A stretch of DNA of 62,189 nucleotides, counting the filler, from Collodictyon triciliatum (Eukaryota), in assembly GCA_043381765.1 (NCBI GenBank). It is 6 parts of 6 records of this genome, joined end to end, with 100 filler letters (N's around TTAATTAATTAA, not from the genome) between each part and the next. Parts side by side here need not be neighbours in the genome. Positions count along the whole stretch, not along the records: positions 25,892 to 32,140 come from JBHJMP010000197.1; positions 32,241 to 37,305 come from JBHJMP010000198.1; positions 37,406 to 51,375 come from JBHJMP010000199.1; 3 more parts are not named here. One strand, written 5' to 3'. The position numbers and the translations under genes are program-made. Below the pieces are notes generated by a model. It saw only the letters and a program-made list of their open reading frames with translations, did no database searches and had not been told where the DNA came from. Each line of letters begins with the position of its first letter. Positions within the stretch are counted from its first letter, which is position 1. Positions 26,070 through 40,600 of the stretch are shown here, piece after piece.

Positions 26070-29000
26070 ATGGACGTGAGTGCCTCAGTAATCATCAGCT
26101 GTCTTTTCATGCTTCCCGTTTGCACTCAAGAACAATCTTAGGCTGTGGCAAAGCTGCGAGACGTTCCCTTTTGTTGCTTGTTTATTTTCAGTCAATGCAG
26201 ATTCAACTATTCGTGTGCTCTACTTACGTATTTGCCGGTTATTTGTTCTCATATCTGGACTTCTCTACGCCAGGATTACTCAAGCTTTGGGCAGGAAAAC
26301 TTCGACCCGAAAGAATGGATAAATGAGGCCCTAAAAACGTGTCCTGATGGCTTGCAGGTGACTCACATGCTCTCTTAGCTTGTCTATATTTTCTTTTTTG
26401 TTTTGCTTCAGACTTGTAGCTTTGAAAGTTTGTGTATCCAATTACATATACAGCCTAGAGTATCGAGCATCGTCGTCAAACTGCAAGTTCTGGGACAAGA
26501 GATGAACCAAAGCCTAGAGGATTCCAGCTTGCGAGCTATTCAAAATTTGCCGCGGTATTGTCCTTCCCATTTTTAGCGTGTTCTCTTTATTCTTTTAATT
26601 CTCTTGTTCTCTTATTCTCTTATTCTCTTATTCTCTTATTCTCTTATTCTCTTATTCTCTTATTCTCTTATTCTCTTATTCTCTTATTCTCTTATTCTCT
26701 TATTCTCTTATTCTCTTATTCTCTTATTCTCTTATTCTCTTATTCTCTTATTCTCTTATTCTCTTATTCTCTTATTCTCTTATTCTCTTATTCTCTTATT
26801 CTCTTATTCTCTTATTCTCTTATTCTCTTATTCTCTTATTCTCTTATTCTCTTATTCTCTTATTCTCTTATTCTCTTATTCTTTTTTGCAAGTCACTCGG
26901 ATGACTGAAATAAATTTCATGATTTATGTGAAATAATAGCGCAACCAAATATATTGACCGGCTGTCTGCTGATGCTATTCACCTACAAAAGTTTATGAAT
27001 GGAATTCTAGAAAGTTTAGCTAAGGTAGAACTTACACCGAATAATGCTGCATGTAACCCTGTCAAAGAAGACCTAGATTACAGCACAATATGCAATAACT
27101 CTTGGTTTATCTATTTCTTATGCTCCCGTTGATGATAGAAAAACACCTAGCCCTTATTTAGTAATAAGAAACAAAAAAAAAACCCCCATCAGGTTGAAAG
27201 AGACACCGAAAGTACTGTTGGATTCATATCAGAAATCGACCAAGTAAAAGGGAGAATGGAATCTTGCTTAAGAGTCTTAAGTGAGGCGCAGCTGGTCGCT
27301 AGTCAATTCCACATTGTGAAAGAATCATTCACATCCAGTGACTATGAAGAGGTTTTCTTTCCATGTGATATTATCTTTATCCAATTTTAATTCTCGTTCT
27401 TTATTACTAACTATCCTATCGATAAATCTCGACAGATTGCAAATCGTTTGCATAGCATGAGTCGTAGTTTGGAAGTTTTGAAGCATATACCGGAGTTTTC
27501 ATCCAAAAAGAAAGACCTAGCCCAGGTTTGCTAACATCGATTTGTAAATTAAAAGGTGACAGTTATATCATTTTTCTTCTTTATTTGTGGTATAGATGGA
27601 AGAACAATTAGCAGCAGTCATCATGGATTCTCTACCGGGGATTTTTGAGAAGAGGGACAAGGGTCAGTCTCATCGCCCCACGAATCTGAACGGTTCTATG
27701 TCCTGCTATCTAATTTCTAGTCTAGCATTCGCACATCTCAAACTTTACTCGTCTCATTTTCTGTCATCTATCACTAGATAAGGCTGTATCTACCCTGCGC
27801 GTTTTGGTGAAAATCAATCGAAGTCAAATCTTCTATGAACACTACTATGCCATTCATGTGCGATCGGTTGCGGCTATCTGGTAATTGCTGGATATAGGTT
27901 GCATACAAACATGGACAATTTTCATTCATTAAAATAACCATATAATTTCAGACCTTAAAAGAAAAACAAAATGTATAATCTCCTTTATTTTTAAAAATTG
28001 CATGTATTTTCTTCGCTTCGTATTCACAACTATTGAAGGGCCTCCTCCTCTTTTGAAAGAGACCCTCTGCATTTCGTGAAGTGGCTGCCTCGGTTCTATG
28101 AAGAGATTCTGTCCCTGATAAAGGAACAGGTTCCTTAATATTAAGATTGGCAGATTGAAAATTGACACGAGCTTGGATGCTTAATTATCTTATATCACAC
28201 ACTTTTTTTTTTCAAAGACCTCCTGGGTGGCAGATATTTTCCCTGACTATGCTTCCATCCTGGGACAAATGATACATAAAATTCTTCAACCTCAATCAAG
28301 TCTGCCTTTTTTTAAATGATGACCAGAGAAAAATGCTGCCACTTTAATTCTCAAAAAAAAATTTCTCTATTCGATTCAAAGTGATTTCTGTGGTAGTTAA
28401 ATCACACCTTGCGGTGGCAAACCCCTCATTTTAGACTATAATTTATTTAAATAAATGCAACTTCATTAAATTTATTGTTCCTTTTGTGACACGAATAGGT
28501 CAATTCAAAGATAAGCTTACATCAGTTTCAACTGCCACATCGGATTCTCTTTCTGATGTACTGGCATGCTACTCATCAACAAAAACCTTTCAAAGAAGCG
28601 TAGAAGCACTATTGCAAATAACAGGTTTCACATTCATGTCTAGATTGTAAATAGTAGCTGAATAGCATATTCCTCAACTGAAGACAAAAACCCCCTCTTA
28701 ATGATTACTAGATCCGACTACCCAAAAGCTTATACAAACAACCATATTCGATCCATATACACACTTACAAGCTCAGTATCAAATACTTGAAATGAAGCGC
28801 ATGTCCTCGGAATTATCTGAGCTGAAACTAGTCCGTTTTTTTTTTTCCATTTAGGATGTTTTAGTATTTTTCATGTATTACAAGCTGCTCTATCTGCAGA
28901 ATTAAAAATCCCTAACTATGAGCAATTTTTAGAATTCGCAACTCTCAAACTTCCAATCGGCACTTACTTTGATTGAAGACAGTATTCCACACATATTCAT

Positions 29001-31471
29001 AATAACAGAGAGTGCACTCGACCGATGCAAGGTATTCACTGGTGGGAGGGAATCTGTCGGATTTTGTGCAGCATTATCTGTATGTATTCTCTATGGTTAA
29101 ATTTATTCTGTTTTCGATTTTTGTAATAACCAGTGATAGCATTGCTTCTCTCTTCTTTTAAGTAACTGGCTTTAAAAATAAAATAAAAAACATATGTACA
29201 GGCTTTTGGAGAACTTTACAGCAAACAGCTCAATGGACTTGTGAATCAACTAAGAACACAGCTTGGTTTGGACTCTGGAAGACATAAAGGTTCAGCGACT
29301 AAAAGAAGAAAAATGAGATATTCTTTGAAAACGGTATTCTGCATAATATGAAAAAATATTATATCATGAAAGTGTTTCCTTTTATCTCTACAGATGATGT
29401 GAACTCGGTCGATTATTCTCTGAAGCTTTTGCAGGTATTTTTGGGACAAACTCTCCCGCATATTGCTTTTTTTCTTTTTCTTTTTTAACTAAAGAAACTC
29501 CAAATTAGCAAGAAGGCATATATCTTCCAAATAATATATTTCTTTGTAGATTTCAAGCACCCTGTTGGTCAGAATGAGAGAGCTGCAGTTTTATGTGAAA
29601 TCGCAGATGATGGATTTTCGTTCCTACCTCGTGTCGTACGAAGGCAACGAGTAAATCTCATTAAGTTAAAATAAGAAGACTATACAGAGCCACATACATA
29701 TGAGTAAGTTAAAACTTTGGCTAAATTCAGAAGCAAGCCTGTTCTACTGGATCCGAGATATCTCAAAGGTGATGCTGAGAAGCTGTCCAAGCTTATGAAT
29801 TTCTTCAGTCAGCTAGACGAAGGTTTAGTTTACACAGACAAAACTTTTAATGATATTAAAAAATGAATGAAAAAGTGTAAGGAAGAAAAGTTAAAAAATC
29901 CCTCGCTACTTTCAAATCATAATGTTTACATTATCGCGGGGATATGGAAATGAAGAGCAAGAGAGAGAGAAGCAAAGAATTTAAGAAACAGTTTTGTGGC
30001 CATTTTTGTAATCCATTTCAAAATTTTCATCAGAAGCATCCCCTTTTCTGCACGAATTTCTGGGTTCGATCGAAAGATTCATCGAGTATTGTCAAAAGTT
30101 TGTCTACGACATGACCTTTTATCCGATCAAAAACAAGCTTAGTTCATTCCGGGCATTAGAGGTTTATTTGAAGAAACATTTTTCATCACATAATTTACTC
30201 TACGACAAGCGACGAGCTTAAATTTCATCTAGCTATTCCCTTATGCGTTTCACAAACATGTGCCTCATGTCATTCGCTATTATGCAGTGTTGGGTGAATG
30301 AGCCGGAGGTACAGCCCGAGGGTGTCTACATGCCCACATTTTCTCCAGACCCATCATCCGCGATTACTGATGTCGGTGGATATCTTTTTACTTTTTTACA
30401 GGAGATTGCTGCAATATCTTTTGAAGGTGACATCACATCCAAGGCATCAATGTAGTCTGGGATTTCATGCAATGGCACTGAGGCTGATAATTATATGCAT
30501 CGTGTAAAGAGACATCGACTATTAAACTCACGAATGATATGTAATTAGGATTTTTGCTGATCTACCCAAAGACATACGAGCTCACAGGGCTTGGGTTCGG
30601 TTATTTGCATATATGTACATTGAAGAGGCTGTACATTATTCCACTTTTGAAGACCGATTAACACTGGGTTTAAAACGTAGGGAGGTGAAGAAAAAGCTTG
30701 GGGTATCTACTTTGGATGAAACAATTGACGGTGTGTCATGAAATTAATCATTAGACATCTAAGACCTATCGATGCTCTGTATCACTAACTTCATGAAAAG
30801 TCTAAACTTACCTTCTACATACAAAATTCACACGCATGGCCCTGGTACTGAAAGATGATGCCGAGATTGACTCTTTCACTACAAAATGGTTGGGGGTCAG
30901 TATCATGATATTGAGAAACAGTTTATCCATAGAAAATCAATGCCCGCCACTGGGATAGACAAATAACGAGAAAAATGAATGTAGTTGATTGTCCAGGGCT
31001 CCCAGGGTCTCCTAATCGACCAGATTATGGCCATCCCCATGCTCAGTGAAATGGGAAAGAATCAACTTGTGGCAGATATTGGTTTGCAACTCGTCATGTA
31101 CACAATTGTGTTTTGTTTAAAAAAATTAATTGAAAAAGAAACGAGATACCCTTGATTGTATGTAAAATGCTGTTTCCGCTTGACATCCACCATTTTATTT
31201 TTTAAAAAAAAAATATCATCATCAGAGTATCTTACAAATGTGATTCGTGCGATGGGGTTGACGCACGACCCAATCATCGACGGACTTGTCGGGTGTCTCA
31301 AGATGCCCTTGGGAGAGTAAGTATTTTACATACCAGGTGATTGCCTCTATCTACAGAGAAGACTCACAATAGAATCGGCTTAGCGAGCAAGCTTTAACGG
31401 ATTCGAGGCTCTCCGACGTCCTGCAGATTTTGCACTCCAAACGAAAAAGTTACATCGAGTCCCGAAAGTAG
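26070..31471 (+). CDS. COG7: Conserved oligomeric Golgi complex subunit 7, multi-exon
   Basis: MD|DYSSFGQENFDPKEWINEAL..IVVKLQVLGQEMNQSLEDSSLRAIQNLPR..ISEIDQVKGRME matches the COG7 N-terminus. Later MPTFSPDPSSAITDVGGYL and QLVADI|EYLTNVIRAMG. Stop TAG ends at 31471. Confidence 0.92.
26609..26881 (+). repeat. Intronic (TTCTCTTA)n tandem repeat
   Basis: Perfect 8-mer array inside a COG7 intron. Confidence 0.95.
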
Positions 31472-31631
31472 TCCCCTTTTTGTTGCCAACAAACGGAGCC
31501 AAAGAAAGATAAATGCAGTAAAGATTTCCGAATCCGCCGGAACCTGTGTGCACCCCTATTCCACATTAAATGAATTTCAATGAATTTATCCTCATCCAAA
31601 ATGGAAAATGGTATCCAGCTTCCCGATATGT

Positions 31632-32001
31632 TTACTGAAATAGGCAGGAGGGTGGGCGTGACTCCCAAAGATAGAAGCAAGATTTCTTGATATATGTGGA
31701 TATGTGAACCGATTTGTCAATTGATATATTCTGGAATTTAGTAAATAATGCTCATAGAGCCTATTATTTAACCAGAATTGTCTACATTAACATATAGAAT
31801 ACATGCGACATAATATCTAGTTGTAATTGCGGTGAAGGAGAACTTACATCGTGGCTCTTTCCCTCGTATTTTGAAGTAGCCTCTGCTTCGGCCATTCTTG
31901 ATAGTTTAAGGATAATTCACACCATCACCCACCGCTTCCTCTTGTATGCTTCCTTAGTGAAACACACTGACTTCTCCTGCCGCAGATCGAGGCCTCCTTC
32001 T
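31632..32001 (-). CDS. 3' end (three exons) of an unidentified gene
   Basis: Phase-compatible exons EGGLDLRQEKSVCFTKEAYKRKR|MAEAEATSKYEGKSHD|NISIDKSVH..PPSCLFQ* with donors gtgggt and gtaagt. No recognisable domain. Confidence 0.4.
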
Positions 32002-32140
32002 GATTCCCAATTCGTTTTTTCTTTTCTTTTTCTTCCTTCTTTTTTTCTTTGTTTGTTTGTTTGTTTGTTTGTTTGTTTGTTTGTTTGTTTGTTTGTTTGT
32101 TTGTTTGTTTGTTTGTTTGTTTGTTTGTTTGTTTGTTTGT

Positions 32141-32240
32141 NNNNNNNNNNNNNNNNNNNNNNNNNNNNNNNNNNNNNNNNNNNNTTAATTAATTAANNNN
32201 NNNNNNNNNNNNNNNNNNNNNNNNNNNNNNNNNNNNNNNN
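32141..32240. other. Artificial scaffold-join linker
   Basis: TTAATTAATTAA at 32185-32196 flanked by Ns. Confidence 0.95.
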
Positions 32241-32458
32241 TATTATTGTTATTATTATTGTTATTATTATTGTTATTATTATTGTTATTATTATTGTTAT
32301 TATTATTGTTATTATTATTGTTATTATTATTGTTATTACTATTGTTATTATTATTGTTATTATTATATACTTTCGGAATTCTGGTGGGGAAGTTTTCGTT
32401 TTTGCAGGGTGGTAGATTAGATGGGAAAAGAGTAGGGAAATATGAAGGCAAGTAGTAC

Positions 32459-34460
32459 TTTGGCGTATTCTTCTTCGGCCACTTTCTTAGTGACCCAGTC
32501 GGGAACATCGGGAATCAGCCAAGCAATCAAGTACTTCAGGATGAGAATTCCGTGCTGTTTTGGTTTCAATTTTATTGGAATAAGTAATTAATATAGCTTT
32601 ATCAATATCATGGCTCCTTCTTTCTTTTCCCTCTTTTTTTCTGCTTTCTCCTTTTAAAGATTGCGTACTTTCACGAATTCTAAGAATGCAACAATAATCG
32701 CAATAAAAGTAAAATGAAATATCAGAAAATTTGAAAACAGTACCTCGATGGCCACGGCTACAAACAATACATCTCGTTCATTGGAACCGTCCATCAGCTG
32801 GGGTAGTTGGTCGCTGGTAATGGAGATGATTAAGCAATTGGTAAAGACGGCGATGATTCCCATCACTTCTAGAATCTTGAACCAGCTTCCTATTTCATTC
32901 AAACAACATTTTAAAAAAATAAAGAAAAATGGACATAAGCCTCCCTTCTTATATGTAATTTATTTATACTTTTGTATTACAACCAAAAGAAAACATGTTG
33001 ATGAATTGAAAGGAAAAGAAACATATCTCCATATAGCATTTAAGCGTATCTAATCCAAGTATGTTTTGTTTGTAAACCTATATCCTGGGCTCGCCGGTAT
33101 TCAGGGCGACGGAATTCAGTCAGCAGTTTAAATGCATCAATACGAATCTCAATTATGTTGTTGAGAAGTGCAATTGCAGGAGCAAGCGGGAATGCAGCAG
33201 CAAACAGAGTGACATAGCCGTATTGGATAACTAAAAAAATGCAAAAGCGTGTTATCGAATGAACATCATGCCTGCATTTCAAATCTCAATAGACGATGAG
33301 AGGAAGTGAGAACTGGGGCGGGGAACATGGTGGGTACAATGCAGGATTAACAAAATAATAACGAAAAATACTCATTTCGTTATAATCATCAAAGAGCGAT
33401 TCATATTCCCCTAGCAGGTATTGCTCTTCAAACCGATTTGGCTTCACTGGCACATCTTCGGTGTAATTAAATGACCTGAGCAGGATTCTGATTCGAGATA
33501 TGATGTGTCTTTTGTTTTGAAATGCAATTTTTTGGAGGATATTAAGGATATCTCAATTTTTTTATATTGTAATAAGATAAAGGTTGCATGGAAGAACATT
33601 TGCTCTCTGTTCTATAACTTATGTATTAGTAATAATGGGTTGAGAGTATTGTTGTGAAATAATCAACTGTAAGCAAAAGCATCGTGATCAAAGGAAAATA
33701 TTTTCAAATGGAGGGGATACGGCAGCAGAACTTCCATGAATTGACCGGATATTTGCCGGAAAATCATGATGGAAGACACCTGTGTGGTGAGCTCCTCCAT
33801 ACAACTACCCAAACATGAATCTCCTTCGATAAGCTGCTCAGGCTTAATGTAAGCGATGTAGAAGAGAGAAATATAACTAGTGCAAAAGAAAGGTTTCAAA
33901 AGAGATGCAGAATATAAATAATTTGTGCTAAATCTTCATTATATTTTGAAACATCGAATGGAGAGCCTTTTTTTTTTCTTGATTGAACAATATAAAAAAT
34001 GTAATAAAAATTGAGGAAGAGTTTAATCTGCTTACCTGTTGACGAATTGGAATAGAAATGTTTTTGTAATAAGATTATCTTCATAATCTGTCTCAGTTCT
34101 GTGGTTCTCTGAATACAAGTGGACGGTTAGTCTCCAGATAGTTTCCTGGCTCTTGGGTGATTTAAGTATGTTTATCTATGTTTATCTATGTTTATCTATG
34201 TTTATCTATGTTTATCTATGTTTATCTATGTTTATCTATGTTTATCTATGTTTATCTATGTTTATCTATGTTTATCTATGTTTATCTATGTTTATCTATG
34301 TTTATCTATGTTTATCTATGTTTATCTATGTTTATCCNNNNNNNNNNNNNNNNNNNNNNNNNNNNNNNNNNNNNNNNNNNNNNNNNNNNNNNNNNNNNNN
34401 NNNNNNNNNNNNNNNNNNNNNNNNNNNNNNNNNNNNNTTTTTCTTTTTTTTTTTTTTTTT

Positions 34461-34504
<44 letters not shown>

Positions 34505-37125
34505 CTTTTATTTTTTTCTTTTATTTTTTTCTTTTATTTTTTTCTTTTATTTTTTTCTTTTATTTTTCTTTTATTTTTTCTTTGGGGGTAAAGGATAGTA
34601 TAAAATTAGAAAAATCTGCACAAATACCATCAATACGATAATTGGTGCAACAATCATAATTCGAAGTCCATGGGCGGACTGAATCTTGTCATATCGCAGA
34701 CTCATAGGGACATCAGGGCCCCACTTAGCCTCATCAGCCAAGTCAACCCACACGCCTTTGATATACGTTCCACGTTTCAAAATTCCTCTATACTCAGGGC
34801 GCTCTTCTTCCTGGAAGGCGTCAGAAGAGGAAACAAATAATTAGATTTGTTGATTTGATGATTTGTTGATTCAATCGCTTGATGACTTATTTTTGGATGC
34901 CCAAAGGTTCACAAGAAATCATGGCATATCACAATAAAATTATTTGAGTATTCGAAAGGATGTCCTATTGATTGATGATAAAGTCCAAACCTCATCTTCA
35001 TAGTTGTTCGTCCCCCAGCGATAGCAGAGCTCAGCGTTATATCGCTTCCAATATTCAAGGAAAAGAGTTGACCACAGGGAAAGGAAGATACAATAGAAAG
35101 GGACAACTGGGCTATCAAATTGCTCGCGTTCGCTACAGCATGTGTCATATGAATACGTAAAGCAATTAATTTGTTATATTTGTACAGGAATTACGTGATG
35201 ATGAAGATAATAAGCCCCACGACCGACGCCAATAGTAGCCAGGTATTGTATGAACCTAACGTAGGCCAAATCAAAGTACAAGAATAAGGTTGAGAAGAAT
35301 ATTTAGATGATACAGTAGAAACCGGAAACATCTCCCAAAAATTATAAAAAAAAAAAATTATTAATTTTCGATTCACACGATGCAGACTATAAGACAGTGA
35401 AAGGATAATAGCTTTAATAAAAGAAAAACTTGCTACATGCCGAAAATAAGAGGAAACACACCTAACCAAGCGAAATAAATGGCTATTTTTTCACCAAAGT
35501 ATTGACGAATTTCGTCGATAGGTTGATATTTCCAATTTTTGGCCCAAGAAGACAGAAGCTTCTGTCGATATTCATCTTCGTGCACAGGAAATATGGACTT
35601 AACGACTCCAGATTTCAGAAGATGTGAAAATGCTAGCAACAAAATTGTGTGCATGAAAAGTGAAAATAGCGCATAAACAGTAAAATAAACTATATGAAAA
35701 TTGAATATGGATCTATAAAATCAAATAACAATATAGTATTGCTTATGGCGCCTATATAAGGTAAACCTAGGATATGCGGGGATGTGAGGATGCGTTTATT
35801 TAAGATACTAGGTTGAAAACTTCAGAAAAAAATGAGGGTACCTAGCCCAGCACCACCATTTTCAACAGGAGCTTCAATAATCTTTCGAATAATCTCGCTC
35901 CTAACCCCAGAGCTGAAAAAACTATCTTGAGTATATCGCTCAAAGTACTGGATTCTAGATTGCTCAAATGGAGCGTAGCTCCCGCCATACTTTTTCTGTT
36001 TATAACAAACCAAGAAATTATTGGAATGTGAATTTACTGATAAGACTCCATTTGGTCGATCTGATTTGCAATTAAACACAAAGACAGTTCAAAGAGACCA
36101 ATCATTCCAGCGGAATATAGATTGTGATTCATGTGTAGCAGTGAGGAAGGGAAGGGAAGGTGAGTGTTTATGAATTATATGACCATTGTATGGTTTGCTT
36201 TTCCACCCCGCACCAGCATACGGAGGTTTAGGCATTCAAAAATGATAAATACATAAAGGAGATGGGCTAAGGGAAAACTCACGCATAATTTGACATTCAG
36301 CTTGAATTTTTCGGCATAATCTAGAAGAGTACGTTCTTCAGCTGTGACTCCAAGATAAAGTGATGTTTTCGTCACCCCATCAAAGAGGGTGCACTTCAGA
36401 CTCAAACGCTGCAAAATAGCGATGACCTAAATATGCAGAATTGAATATTTGTGCTGATGAATGCATTTGGGTGAGAAAACTTTGCTGTTATATCATTTAA
36501 TCGACTCGTAAGTCGTGCTTATAAGTTGAATACTTTTGCTTGGGACATGGCAGCTTTTTTTCCAAAGATAATATCGGTCTCGACGGGGACTTTCGATAAG
36601 GATTGGGCAGCATCTCCTTCCTTTAGGTAAGAAACCCCACACAAAGGGTAGATTACTTGGTGGTGTTGAATTACAATAGAGGAAATATATAATTGTCATG
36701 GATGTGGGCTATGAGCGAAATCGGGTTCATACGTCTTCACGTTCAAAAACAAAGATGTAGTCGCAGTCATGCACGACGTTGATAGCTGCATTCCCAGAGT
36801 TGCTATCAGGCACAGTTTGCCCGGGAACATACTCGCATTTGGGCTCGCTGAAGAATACGTTATGTGAGTAAGTCAAAAAAGCAAAGACAACTGTAGTTAA
36901 GAAGAAAGGGAGAAAAGGGAAAAATGGCAAAAGCGTTGGCCTCGGAGGAATGATTTTTTCCCTTTATTCGACTCGAAGTGGCCACAGAGGAATATGTTGT
37001 GTGTCAGGTCTGAATCGAACAAAAGGGAAAAAATGGTGTGTGTGTGTCTGGTTATTGCACTACTGTTATAGATGAGAAAACCTGAAGTGCTGCGGTGGGC
37101 TGTAGAGCTCTGATTCCTTGAACAT
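32459..37125 (-). CDS. Anoctamin/TMEM16 family protein (ANO8/ANO10-like scramblase or channel), 3'-partial, with internal exon(s) lost in a gap
   Basis: [107 protein letters not shown]. Acidic Ca2+-site residues in TM6-8 are retained. Confidence 0.95.
34167..34337 (+). repeat. Intronic (TTTATCTATG)n tandem repeat
   Basis: 10-mer array running into an N gap. Confidence 0.95.
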
Positions 37126-37235
37126 CCTGTCTTGTTTTCGAAAAATCACTGTTTGTTAAATCAAAAGCCTTTTCTTGTTTAAGAAATAATGACTTTTCTT
37201 TGGTTGTTTTTTTTTTTTGGTTGTTTTTTTTTTTT

Positions 37236-37305
<70 letters not shown>

Positions 37306-37405
37306 NNNNNNNNNNNNNNNNNNNNNNNNNNNNNNNNNNNNNNNNNNNNTTAATTAATTAANNNNNNNNNNNNNNNNNNNNNNNNNNNNNNNNNNNNNNN
37401 NNNNN
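37306..37405. other. Artificial scaffold-join linker
   Basis: TTAATTAATTAA at 37350-37361 flanked by Ns. Confidence 0.95.
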
Positions 37406-37633
37406 CCGGTGGTGGTGGTGGTGGTGGTGGTGGTGGTGGTGGTGGTGGTGGTGGTGCAGCAGCATTACCTTTTTCCGAATTACTGCTAATTTTCTTTCAA
37501 AAGGATGAAAATCACACTGAAGACCATGAGGAAGATGCACCTCTCATCGTATTAATTATTATTATCACTATCACTATCATGACTACTACTTTATTGGCGT
37601 GTAGACAATATCTTTACTTTAAACTAATTACAG

Positions 37634-40600
37634 GGTTCTGCTGTATCAAGCACAAAAACTTGTAAGTTTTAGGCTGCTCAAAATTTTATACTTTAGACAT
37701 TAACTGTATATATTCCTTAATTGATATATTTCAAACAAATCGAAAATATATCTAAAAGGTTTTGCCGGGATATGCAAGACTCCAAAGTTTAAGTTGTGCT
37801 CAAACGGGGAGGAAGAAGAAATGGATGAAATTCGCCAGCCTGCAGACACTCCTTTCATTGATGCTAAATATGAGAGTAATTTTTCTCCCGATCTTTCTTT
37901 TCCTTAAACATAATGTTGTTTTTTCTCAATTATGAACACCATATTCTTAACTTTAGTTTTGTTGTTTCGTGAAGATTTGTTAGCATGACTAACTCAGTGC
38001 TTCGAGGAGATGTCTAATAAATAGTATTTATGATTATCAACATTTTAAATTGGACAGCCTCTTATCAATAACCTCTTTTTAAACCCGTCAATAGAGAAGG
38101 ACTTCATTCCAGAGTACATGAAAGAAAGAAGAGTGATAGACAATGAGTTAGAGGATGTTTTTAGTTCATCTCCATTCGAGGAGTTTCCTCTTTTTCGGTG
38201 AATGTCTATATTGCAGATTTTGACATCCCATTATATTTTCCTAGTATCATGCACCAAAAAAAAAACTTCATATATTTATTTTTCTGCGGTTGGAGTATAT
38301 CAGTTTTTGTATTAATTAGTTGTTTTGTTTTGTCTTGTTTCTTTGCTTGGATCTTAGAGGCGTCGCACTGGAGGATGATAATCCTTTCTCTTTCATTACT
38401 GATAAAGACTATCTCAGTCACTTGAATTCAGATATTTTCTCAGATGATTCGCGCCCAGTTGGTAAACTGAAGGTTAGACATCTAAATGTGCAATGGCAAC
38501 CCATTCTTTACATTCGTCTGTTCACCAAACATCAATATTTTGATACCAAAGCATACTTTTTATGTAGGGTTTTATTCGCACGTACCCTGCCTATTTGCCT
38601 GCCCCTCCGCCTGTTGTTGATATGCAAAAGTATCTTGTCCCCCAGAAATACATTATTCGTGCATACATTCTTCGTGCCCATAATCTGACCCCAGAAGACA
38701 ACGATGGTAGAGTACCAACTAATAACTATAGAGTTATAAAAAAAAAATTCAGTTGCTGGATATTAGAAATAACGAATTACAATTGATGTATGTAATTAAC
38801 TACTCATCAGACACTTTCTATCGCTAGGAATGAACGACCCATACATCGTTATTGAGCTGGATAAGAAGAAAATTAAGGATGATGAGAGCAGAAAGTCAAA
38901 CACAAACGACCCGGAATTCTACAAGTGCTATGAAATCGAGGCGAGTCTGCCAGGGGCGTCCATTCTGAAAATCTCACTTTTTGATTATGATGGATTTAGT
39001 GATGATGATTTGATCGGCTCGACCAAGATAGACTTGGAGACTAGAATGTACTTTTTATACATTTTTCTTTTTCTTTTTTATTTCGTATATTAGAGAAAAT
39101 AAACTTATTTATGCACATATTGCAAACCCCAGCTTCAACCCTGAATGGCTTGATTTGCCCAAGAAACCAGTGGAGTTTCGGACTCTTACAAGCAGACATT
39201 CGTCTGTTAGCCATGTATGAAGGCTAAATTGTAGCATCTTTTTCCCCCTTTATGTCAATTATAAGTAACTTAACCTTTTCTTCTATGAATCTTTTAAACT
39301 TGAATCTTTGCTAGGGTAAACTGGAGATGTGGTTGGAAATTATTCCTAAAGCTGATATCAAAAAGGTATTGCATATTAATTGATGAACATCGAAGCACGC
39401 CCAACGTCAAGATTAATAATCTTGTATTCACAGTTCCCGATGATTGACATATCCCCACCAGCCAAGAAAGATTTTGAACTCCGAGTAATTATCTGGAAGA
39501 CCAGATATGTCGAAAGTGAAGACAGTGTAAGAATAATCTCCTTGCTATGGTGAAAGAACGTCTATTAATTTTTTATTCATATCAAACGCATCGTTTATAT
39601 GCATGCACTTGTAGGTAACGAATCAAAACGACATGTATGTTACTGGTGAATTCTGTGAATCAGATATGCAAAAAACTGACATTCATCTCAGAGCGAAAAA
39701 GGGATATGGTAGTTTCAACTATCGAATGATTTTTCCGATCAAACTACCCATGAAAAATCCACGACTACGCCTTTCGGTAAATCTGCTCCTCCTTATCTTT
39801 ATCTTTATCATTCATTTCTCTTTTCTCCTCTTTTCTTCTCTTTTCTTCTCTTTTCTTCTCTTTTCTTCTCTTTTCTTCTCTTTTCTTCTCTTTTCTTCTC
39901 TTTTCTTCTCTTTTCTTCTCTTTTCTTCTCTTTTCTTCTCTTTCTCTCTTTCTCTCTTTCTCTCTTTCTCTCTCTGACTCATAAGTTGGATTTGAAGGTA
40001 TGGGACTTTGATATCTTCAAACCTAATGACATCATCGGACAAGCAGAGTTAGATCTCAGCGATTTGATGGATGTAAGAATTCACTACACGAGGGGAAATG
40101 GCAATCAATTTTAATTCAAGAAATAAGCAAGTAATGATTGGGCGACTAATTATTTTTTATTTTTGTGATAAAGGCCACCTTCTACAAGAAAGTAGCCGTG
40201 TCACTTCTTCCCGATCCCATGTGGCTAGATATCTATCATCCAAGCAAGGAAACCTCACGTGTAATTTACAAACTTTGCATTAACTATATATTTTAATAAT
40301 CTCACATCTTAATTCGATGTTTACTTTTTTTAAAAAAAAATATAAGAAAATATAGTAATAATAATAGTTCGATTCCAGTGAAAGAGCATGTTTACTCTTT
40401 GATAGAACTTCAACAGTCAGTGACAAACCTTCTTTTCTATTAACAGGGTCAAGTTCAAATATCAATCCAAATTCTACCCAAAGAGATGGCCACCTTGGCG
40501 CCCGCCGGCCGCGGTCGTGAAAGCCCCAACTTAAATCCCGTACTGGAGCCACCTGACCGCATCAAATTTGTATGGATTTATTTTAGCGTTTACGAAAGCC

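Noticed and set aside
26558-26936. ORFs of repeated LILLFSYS, and similar [15 protein letters not shown], poly-F/K/L and KRE ORFs elsewhere
   Set aside because: These are translations of intronic or intergenic microsatellites.
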